64,000 nucleotides of DNA from Patescibacteria group bacterium (GTDB taxonomy: Bacteria > Patescibacteriota > UBA1384 > GWA2-35-9 > JBASTP01), in assembly GCA_049274945.1 (NCBI GenBank), contig JBASTP010000006.1:96529-160528 (forward strand), given 5' to 3'. Shown here in pieces: positions 26,383 to 33,220 of this stretch. Under the pieces are notes generated by a model. It was not told where the DNA came from and did not search any database. It saw only the letters and a list, made by a program, of their open reading frames with translations. Each line of letters starts with the position of its first letter. Position 1 is the first letter of the stretch. The translations under genes and the position numbers were made by a program.

Positions 26383-27596
26383 GGGAATGTTAGGTAGTAT
26401 GCGTTGGGGTAGCGGCCGCCGAACCAACGTTCATCGTCAATCAAATGAACCGGTGAATTTTTTTCTCGATAGGCTTGGGGCAGTTTGATCCGTGCACGGC
26501 CGTCCTTTGAACCAGGGTCGTTGACATAGGCCTCGCGGCCGTCCTCGGAGAAACCAACAATCGTCAGGAAGTGACTGCCCTTATTGGAGAAGTTCGTGCC
26601 GATTACCACCGGCGTTTTGGTGCGATCTACGATATCCCGGATTGTACGCCAGTCTTGATCAGACGGCCCCATCTTGCCAGAGCGGCTGCCGCCCAGCACA
26701 ATTTTTTCCACTTTGGCGTTGGGCAGACCTGCCTGGCTGGCGGCAAAACGGAGATAGCCCCCGGTATCTTTCGGGCAACTCCTCGGTGGATCAGTTCGAC
26801 CTGCTATAATTTTTTCTTCAAGCTCGCGGGGGTAGCTTTTCTTCTCAGGTGGTCCAGAACTTTTGTCGTATGCATGGTAGAGCACTGCCATCATCGCTGC
26901 GTAGTAGTTGCAAGTAGTCGAGTTGACTGGTTGGAGCCGCCAGGGCACCTTGAGGCGCTTTGAACCGCCAGGCAAGAACAGTTCGGCAGTAAGAAACTCA
27001 AAGCGCAAACCGAGGGCGTGGAGTTGCTGGAGTAAATTGTCTTGGCTACCAAGGTCGCTTGTCCCGCGAATTTTTTTGGCGAGTACCTCCATCTCCCGTA
27101 ATAGGTTGATCGCTTCGGTCCGCTTATCCTCAGCAATGTTAGCTCTGCGTAGACCCTCAATTGCTGTGTAAACTCGCGCATCGAGTTGACGCGACTCGAT
27201 CAACTCTCGTTGAAGGGTCGGGATCAGTCCCGCCGCTGACTGGACTCGCAGCAGGTTTTCCCGATCAACGCTATTTTCGCCGTTGAACGGTTCCGGCTCG
27301 TGGGTGCCCTGGGCTCTTAATAACCTTGAAGGTTGCCGATAGTACACAAAAAACGCCGCTCCGGCGATGAGCACCACCACGATGATCATTATGACTGCGG
27401 CAATCGGTCCGAGCGCCAATAGAGCCGCAAACGCAAACTGGATCCCCGCCTGGACGACCGGGATGACCATCTTTAGTTTATTGAGCGTACCGGCTATCGT
27501 ACGGAGTTGGTTAAGCTTGTCCTCAAATTCTCGCCGGGTCTGGCGGTAGCGCGTCGGCTCCTCCGAATCATCACTGATTGTTGGTTCATCGGCCAT
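26379..27596 (-). CDS. membrane-anchored papain-fold Cys peptidase (CHAP/C39-like), putative cell-wall hydrolase
   Basis: AAGGGGGTG RBS. N-terminal TM segment, coiled-coil region, then a C-terminal domain with candidate catalytic Cys (NSTTCNYYAAMMAV) and His (KGSHFLTIVGFSEDG) followed by Asp/Asn (AYVNDPGS). Confidence 0.45.
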   Translation of the reverse strand: MADEPTISDDSEEPTRYRQTRREFEDKLNQLRTIAGTLNKLKMVIPVVQAGIQFAFAALLALGPIAAVIMIIVVVLIAGAAFFVYYRQPSRLLRAQGTHEPEPFNGENSVDRENLLRVQSAAGLIPTLQRELIESRQLDARVYTAIEGLRRANIAEDKRTEAINLLREMEVLAKKIRGTSDLGSQDNLLQQLHALGLRFEFLTAELFLPGGSKRLKVPWRLQPVNSTTCNYYAAMMAVLYHAYDKSSGPPEKKSYPRELEEKIIAGRTDPPRSCPKDTGGYLRFAASQAGLPNAKVEKIVLGGSRSGKMGPSDQDWRTIRDIVDRTKTPVVIGTNFSNKGSHFLTIVGFSEDGREAYVNDPGSKDGRARIKLPQAYREKNSPVHLIDDERWFGGRYPNAYYLTFP

Positions 27597-27605
27597 TGCA
27601 CCCCC

Positions 27606-28826
27606 TTAGAGTTCTAACCACCATAGTTTGTCTTGAGCAATAAAGACTACATTTTTACCAGTTGCATCCATTCTAAATTGGTGTGCTCCTTCCGGCAGTT
27701 CGTTCGCCAACTTCAGGGCGAGAAAATTGTTGGTGTTAAGCTCATAGCTGCCAAATTGTTTACCCTGAGCGGAGTCGAAGGGTTCGAAGATTCCCGTGAT
27801 GCGATCCCCTGCGATTGCCAGGTCGCTAGCTTGGCCCTTAAATCCAAGCTTCAGCGCCTCCCCGAGTTTGATTGTGCCAAGTTCCTTGCTTGTACCGGTC
27901 GTTACTATTTGAAATGGTACTACCGTAAGCTCGCCATCGCGGGTTATAAGGAGCCGTTCGTTAGCCAGGAAAACACTGCTTGAGACGCCATCGGCAACTT
28001 TGCTGATTGTCTTGGTAGTGATGACGGCAAGGTAGGCGGCTTTGCCATCATTGACAAGGACGGTGTTACCGTCGGGTGAAATATTGAGCCGGGCACGATC
28101 GATCTCGACATCTTTGAGATCGATCAGCCGTTCAATTCGCTCCCGAGATCGCTCCGATCGCACCAGTGACCGTTCGGATGAAGGACTGTAGAGGTGGTAG
28201 ATCAGTTTGCCTTCCGGGTCGAACGCAAATGCGCGAGAATCACTATCGTATAGTTTGAACTCTTGGTGGAGCAGGTCGTACCGGGCAAAGTTATAAAGTC
28301 CTGAGCTGCCGGTACGATCGGCGAGCGTTGCTACGGAATAGTCAGGCGCAAACGCTACTTCGGTCAGCTCGCCCAGCACCGAGGGGGTAATCGGAATATT
28401 CTCAACTTTGGCACCTTCAGGGCCTTCCACAAACCGCAGCCGAAAGAGCGCTCTAGCTTGCCGGTTAAAGTAAAAAAATTGATCTCCCTCGGGATTGCTT
28501 GAGAGCAAATCAACCTGCTCTGCTACCACGAGTTTTGCTGAAGCCAGCTTCTTGAGCGAAGTCCGAATCCGTTTAATTTGCAGCGCCCGGATTTTTATGG
28601 TCTCCCGGTGCGGAACAAATCCTGGAGCGGTAACGGTAAGCTGGTAGCTGCCCGGCGTGAGCCGGCTCGTAAAGCCCACTTCTTTGCCATCGATTAGTAC
28701 CGTAGCGTTTTTTGGTTCAGGCAGCACAATAATGCTGCCAAGCCGATACGACACGGCAAACGCGATGGCGAGCGCGAGGAGGGGAATGGCGATAATCGCT
28801 ATCCAGAACCATATACGTGCCGTCAT
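27606..28826 (-). CDS. PEGA-domain membrane protein with beta-rich periplasmic domain
   Basis: N-terminal TM anchor. PEGA-like segment PKNATVLIDGKEVGFTSRLTPGSYQLTVTAPGFVPH. The remaining ~300 aa is beta-rich. ATGA overlap with the virB4 stop. Confidence 0.45.
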   Translation of the reverse strand: MTARIWFWIAIIAIPLLALAIAFAVSYRLGSIIVLPEPKNATVLIDGKEVGFTSRLTPGSYQLTVTAPGFVPHRETIKIRALQIKRIRTSLKKLASAKLVVAEQVDLLSSNPEGDQFFYFNRQARALFRLRFVEGPEGAKVENIPITPSVLGELTEVAFAPDYSVATLADRTGSSGLYNFARYDLLHQEFKLYDSDSRAFAFDPEGKLIYHLYSPSSERSLVRSERSRERIERLIDLKDVEIDRARLNISPDGNTVLVNDGKAAYLAVITTKTISKVADGVSSSVFLANERLLITRDGELTVVPFQIVTTGTSKELGTIKLGEALKLGFKGQASDLAIAGDRITGIFEPFDSAQGKQFGSYELNTNNFLALKLANELPEGAHQFRMDATGKNVVFIAQDKLWWLEL

Positions 28827-30613
28827 GGTTGGTTAGGTTCAGATTTCGGTTGCTTGGTTGCCTGCTCGATCGCTAACAGTTGCCGGGGGTCGGTGGTAAT
28901 GAGTTGGTCCTCGATGTACGAAGCAACCACTTTAATTGCGACATGGTTTTTGCCCGCAAAGAATAAGCCTTCACCGACATCGGCTTCAAGGAGCAGAAAC
29001 TTTTCACCCTCAGTGAGATTAAACACCTCGGCAATTTTGTCGATCGCCGCGGTTGATTGCTTAAGCAGCACCTGCATCGCCGCGTTATTCAAGACCGCGC
29101 GGCCGTACTTGGAATCGAGGAAATCCTCGGCATCTTGGGTGATTACGGTCATACCGAGGTAGTACTTGCGGGCGCGTTTAACCAGGGCGTGAACGAATTT
29201 GGCCGAGTCTTCGTGGGCCATCATTACCCAGGCCTCGTCCATAATCACGAGGCGCCGCCGCAGCTCGCGGCGGATCTTGCCCCAAATATAGGAGAGGATC
29301 AAATACATGCCGATCGGCCGAAGTTGCTCTTCCAAGTCGCGAATCGAAAACACCACCAAGCCGGCAGTCAATTCAAAGTTAGTTGGTTTGGTAAACAGGC
29401 CCGCGAACGTGCCCTCGGTGTATTTTTGCAACCGTTTTACCAGGCTCTCGGCGCCGGTCATATTGGCAAGCACCGAGATGAGGTCGGGTAAAAGCGGCGG
29501 CGGATTTTTGTGGCTGGCCGGATCGGCGGTAATGTCTTTGAGGGCATACACTTCGTAGAGCGCCTTATCGAGGATTCCCGATTCGTCGGGGGTTAAGCCG
29601 CCGACCATCAAACTTATCAAACCTTCAACCATGGCAATGGTTGAACGGAGTACGTTCTCACCGGTCTCACCTTCGGTGAGCGGCGGCAGGTCGAACGGAT
29701 TGATCCTTTGGGTCGAGTTGAGCGAAAGGTTCATAAACGAGCCGCCGACTGCCTCGGCAAGCGCCCGGTACTCGTTTTCCGGGTCAATGATAATCACGTC
29801 CGTGCCCAGCATCAGGTAGCGGAGCGCCTCGAGCTTGACCATGTAACTTTTGCCGGCGCCCGAGCGAGCAAACACAATCGAGTTAGCGTTTTCTAAATCG
29901 AACCGGTCAAAGAGAATCAAGCTGTTATTATGCCGGTTGATGCCGTACAGGATGCCTCGGTTCGAAGAGAGGGTTGCCGAGGTAAAGGGGAACGTGGTAG
30001 ACAGTGATGCCGTGTCGAGGTTGCGCAGGACCTGGAGCTCATCGGCGCCGAGCGGCAGCGAGGAATTGAAGCCCTGTTCCATTTGCAAGAACGCCTGCTT
30101 GGTGTAAATCAGCATGCCGCCAAACGCACTCTCAAGTTGTTTGTTCAGTGAATCGAGCTCGCCCATGCTCGTGGCATACACCGTGATGTAGAGTGAGAAG
30201 TGGAAGATCCGCGTCTCACCTTTTTGGAGCACCTCGCGCAGGGCATCAATGTCGCCGACCGCGGTTTCAAGCTCCGGGTCGCGCACCAAACCTTTTTCGT
30301 GCTGGATCGCTACTGAACTTTCAAGTTGGGTCTGGCGTCGGCGGAGCTGGCCCATCACCTCGCGAGTTTCAACCGGGTAGATAAACATCGAAATGTCCAT
30401 GGGGATGTCGAAGTTAATCACCGGCGAGAGCCAGTTGGTGTTGAGATAGCGCGGGTAGGTGAACACGAAAAATGTCTTCACGTAGAGGTTGTTAAGTTCA
30501 AGGTAGTTAGGCGTGATCGCAAAGGCCGCCGGCGAAATAATATCAAGGAGGGTGGTTTCGCCCGCGTGGAGCTCTTTTTCTAATGTAGTCTCGTGGGTGG
30601 TTTGTTTGGCCAT
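28823..30613 (-). CDS. virB4: VirB4/TrbE/PrgJ-family T4SS ATPase
   Basis: Walker A FARSGAGKSYMV, DPENEY motif, Walker B RRLVIMDEAWVMM, and TVITQDAEDF (sensor/arginine-finger region). 596 aa, consistent with the Gram-positive-type VirB4. Confidence 0.7.
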   Translation of the reverse strand: MAKQTTHETTLEKELHAGETTLLDIISPAAFAITPNYLELNNLYVKTFFVFTYPRYLNTNWLSPVINFDIPMDISMFIYPVETREVMGQLRRRQTQLESSVAIQHEKGLVRDPELETAVGDIDALREVLQKGETRIFHFSLYITVYATSMGELDSLNKQLESAFGGMLIYTKQAFLQMEQGFNSSLPLGADELQVLRNLDTASLSTTFPFTSATLSSNRGILYGINRHNNSLILFDRFDLENANSIVFARSGAGKSYMVKLEALRYLMLGTDVIIIDPENEYRALAEAVGGSFMNLSLNSTQRINPFDLPPLTEGETGENVLRSTIAMVEGLISLMVGGLTPDESGILDKALYEVYALKDITADPASHKNPPPLLPDLISVLANMTGAESLVKRLQKYTEGTFAGLFTKPTNFELTAGLVVFSIRDLEEQLRPIGMYLILSYIWGKIRRELRRRLVIMDEAWVMMAHEDSAKFVHALVKRARKYYLGMTVITQDAEDFLDSKYGRAVLNNAAMQVLLKQSTAAIDKIAEVFNLTEGEKFLLLEADVGEGLFFAGKNHVAIKVVASYIEDQLITTDPRQLLAIEQATKQPKSEPNQP

Positions 30614-30617
30614 GGCG

Positions 30618-31346
30618 TTACTCCGGGTTAATCACGTTTAACTGGCTTGCTTTGTTTTCCACTTTCTTTTCTTCTTCGATTGGCTGTTTCTCAATGATCG
30701 GCGCCTCGATTACGCCCAGTTCGGTAAGCTGTTCCTCTTGTGACTCCTCGTGGTTGTACAGGCGATAAAACAGTTCAACAACTCCCTGGGTGTCCAAAAT
30801 GGTGGTAGTCATGCCCAAGGGGGCAAGCCCGCCAATCACCACCTGCGTGCGTTCATCGAGCGTTTTCTGGAACTTGCCGTAGTCGGCCGGTGAAAACTTA
30901 ATCTGCGATTTTCTGGTGCCAAAAAGGGAGCTGAAAAATCCCTGCTTGGTGGGACCCGGCTCAATTCCTACCACAACGTAGAATCGCTTCTCCATAATGT
31001 TCGCCAGCTGGGTAAGCCGTTTAATAAACTCGATATACTCGTTGGCATGGAGCCGTAGCAGCTCCGACTCAATTTTGTTGACGAACTTGGTGAGCGATTC
31101 CATGTAGGGGTGCAAGTCGAGCCGCCGGGAGTGCACGACAATTTGGATGGGGAAGTTGAGCGAGTTCAAAAAGCTCTGGAACTGGCCAACCATCGCCTGC
31201 TGCTCTTGCTCGGATTTGAGCGAGAAGTTCACTGGTGTTACCTCTACCACTTTGCGCAGTAAACCAGTCTTCGTGACTACAATACCATCGGCAACATTGG
31301 CAATGTTGACGTATCCCTGGGTTGATTGGACGACTTTTTTGGCCAT
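30618..31346 (-). CDS. hypothetical T4SS-associated protein (resembles the N-terminal domain of Gram-positive VirB4/PrgJ-like proteins)
   Basis: The ATG at 31346 (MAKKVVQ) is preferred over the track TTG at 31367. The pattern DGIVVTKTGLLRKVVEVTPVNFSLKSEQEQQAMVGQFQSFLNSLNFPIQIVV recalls the membrane-proximal N-domain of PrgJ/TraE-type ATPases. No NTP-binding motifs. Confidence 0.3.
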   Translation of the reverse strand: MAKKVVQSTQGYVNIANVADGIVVTKTGLLRKVVEVTPVNFSLKSEQEQQAMVGQFQSFLNSLNFPIQIVVHSRRLDLHPYMESLTKFVNKIESELLRLHANEYIEFIKRLTQLANIMEKRFYVVVGIEPGPTKQGFFSSLFGTRKSQIKFSPADYGKFQKTLDERTQVVIGGLAPLGMTTTILDTQGVVELFYRLYNHEESQEEQLTELGVIEAPIIEKQPIEEEKKVENKASQLNVINPE

Positions 31347-31353
31347 GGTTATT

Positions 31354-31719
31354 TCAATGGATATCAAGCCGCTGGGCTACCCCGCGGATTATTCCTAAGT
31401 CAAACTTTTTCGGCACTGGCCGTACTACCGGTTGTTTGGTACCCGGTGCATCGGCAATGGTTACTACCGCGGTTGGCCCTTTGTGCCACACCCAGGTTTT
31501 CGGCGTCAGGTTGTAGTGGATGAGCGAGCCGAGAAACTTGGAAAATGGCTGGTCTTGGACTTTCACGAACGCGAATGCCAGCGCTAGTACCACCACCGGT
31601 ATGCCAAACGCGATAAAGAGGTACAGCGAGATTTTGAGCAGGGCATAGGCAAACATGCCGCCCGTAAGCAGGTACAAAAATTGGAACAGGGTGAGCGGCC
31701 CAAAGATTTTATCCTGCAT
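31354..31719 (-). CDS. VirB3/PrgI-like small two-TM protein (short form; 5' end uncertain)
   Basis: The track ORF extends to 31920. That would overlap the metK start codon and promoter head-on, so the ATG at 31719 (MQDKIFGPLTLFQFLYLLTGGMFAYALL...) is preferred. Two adjacent TM helices plus a short hydrophilic tail, immediately upstream of virB4. Confidence 0.35.
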   Translation of the reverse strand: MQDKIFGPLTLFQFLYLLTGGMFAYALLKISLYLFIAFGIPVVVLALAFAFVKVQDQPFSKFLGSLIHYNLTPKTWVWHKGPTAVVTIADAPGTKQPVVRPVPKKFDLGIIRGVAQRLDIH

Positions 31720-31833
31720 ATCGATATTTTGCGGAACCTTATACTGCGCCACGGCGAAAAAACCTCCTTCTCCCTCCTTGGGGAGAACTACCTGCCCCGC
31801 GTAGCCCAGAGCTTGGCGAAGGGCGTAGCGGGG

Positions 31834-31863
31834 TTGACTATTGAACCTAATTGTTTGTATTAT
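31834..31863 (+). promoter_or_regulatory. putative sigma70-type promoter of metK (possibly leaderless)
   Basis: TTGACT (31834-31839), an 18-nt spacer, then TATTAT (31858-31863). The metK ATG at 31871 lies only 7 nt downstream of the -10 element, and there is no SD. Confidence 0.3.
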
Positions 31864-31870
31864 ATCACCT

Positions 31871-33025
31871 ATGCATCGACTTTTCACTTCAGAGTCAGTC
31901 ACCGAAGGCCATCCGGACAAGATTTGCGACCAGATCAGTGATGCCGTTTACGACGAAATGCTTCGTCAGGACAAAAAAACTCATGCCGGCATTGAATGTT
32001 TTGTCACTACCGGGTTGGTAGTGGTTGGCGGGGAAGCCCGCACCAAGGGTTATGTGGACATTCATGAAATCGTGCGCCGCACCCTGAAGAGAATCGGCTA
32101 CGATAAACCCGAGTATGGTTTTTGCTACACCGACGTCGGGGTGATTTCCACGCTCCACGAGCAGTCGCCGGATATCGCCCAAGGGGTGGACAAAAACCGC
32201 GGAGAATTCAAAGAACAGGGGGCGGGTGATCAAGGCTTGATGTTTGGTTTTGCCTGTGATGAGACAAAAGAACTCATGCCGCTACCCATTACCCTGGCAC
32301 ACGGTTTGACTCGCCGATTGGCCCAAGTCCGTAAAAATGGCAAGTTGCCGTATCTGCGACCAGATGGCAAATCACAAGTGAGCGTTGAATATTTGGATAA
32401 CAAACCGAATCGGGTTACTGCAGTAGTGATCGCGGCCCATCATTCAGAAGGCGTGACGACCGAGAAATTGCGCGGTGATATTAAAAAATTTGTCATCAAA
32501 CCGGTATTAGGAAAATGGCTTTCGCCTCAAACCAAGATATTTATTAACGCTACTGGCAGATTTGTGCTCGGCGGCCCGCCGGCGGATGCTGGCTTGACTG
32601 GCCGGAAAATTATTGTTGACACCTACGGCGGCTATGCGCCGCACGGCGGCGGTTGTTTTTCAGGGAAATGCGTAACCAAGGTGGACCGAAGCGCGGCGTA
32701 CGCGGCCAGATACATTGCCAAAAATATCGTGGCAGCCGGGTTGGCAAAAAAATGCCTGGTGCAATTAGCCTACGCCATTGGCGTGGCTAAGCCAGTATCC
32801 GTGATGATTGATACCTACGGGACCGGTGCAGCGGCCGATGGGGATTTGGAAAAATCCGTGGAAAAGATTTTTCCGCTGAAGCCCGCTGATATTATCCGCG
32901 TGCTCGATCTGGAGCGACCTATATATGAACAAACCGCGGCGTACGGCCACTTCGGCCGCCCCGATTTAGATCTCCCGTGGGAAAAAACGAATAAGGTTAA
33001 TGAGCTCAGGCGAGCGATTCGTTAA
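31871..33025 (+). CDS. metK: S-adenosylmethionine synthetase
   Basis: [26 protein letters not shown]. Glycine-rich [17 protein letters not shown]-terminal GGGCFSGK. Confidence 0.9.
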   Translation: MHRLFTSESVTEGHPDKICDQISDAVYDEMLRQDKKTHAGIECFVTTGLVVVGGEARTKGYVDIHEIVRRTLKRIGYDKPEYGFCYTDVGVISTLHEQSPDIAQGVDKNRGEFKEQGAGDQGLMFGFACDETKELMPLPITLAHGLTRRLAQVRKNGKLPYLRPDGKSQVSVEYLDNKPNRVTAVVIAAHHSEGVTTEKLRGDIKKFVIKPVLGKWLSPQTKIFINATGRFVLGGPPADAGLTGRKIIVDTYGGYAPHGGGCFSGKCVTKVDRSAAYAARYIAKNIVAAGLAKKCLVQLAYAIGVAKPVSVMIDTYGTGAAADGDLEKSVEKIFPLKPADIIRVLDLERPIYEQTAAYGHFGRPDLDLPWEKTNKVNELRRAIR

Positions 33026-33220
33026 AGCGTCGTAATCGGCCGGGCTGGGTTCCCAATGGTACAATTGTGTATCGATCCCCACCATCAACAATATGCAACG
33101 GCCGTGTTAGTATGTTGAGGTAGTCGAAGGAGAGGCCGAAACCGAGTGCCAGGGAGGCCCCGCCCGCCGGAGGTGGGGAACTCCCGGCGCTCGTGGCAAT
33201 GGGGCGAGCTAAGTTGCTTA

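Noticed and set aside
31354-31920. Long (188-aa) form of the VirB3-like gene
   Set aside because: Its 5' 200 nt would run antisense through the metK promoter and start codon. The internal ATG at 31719 gives a protein of the expected VirB3-like size.
33026-33220. GC-rich convergent intergenic region between metK and the Clp-like gene as a riboswitch/sRNA
   Set aside because: It lies downstream of both genes, so a SAM riboswitch would be on the wrong side of metK. No clean hairpin plus U-tract or conserved riboswitch motif was recognisable.
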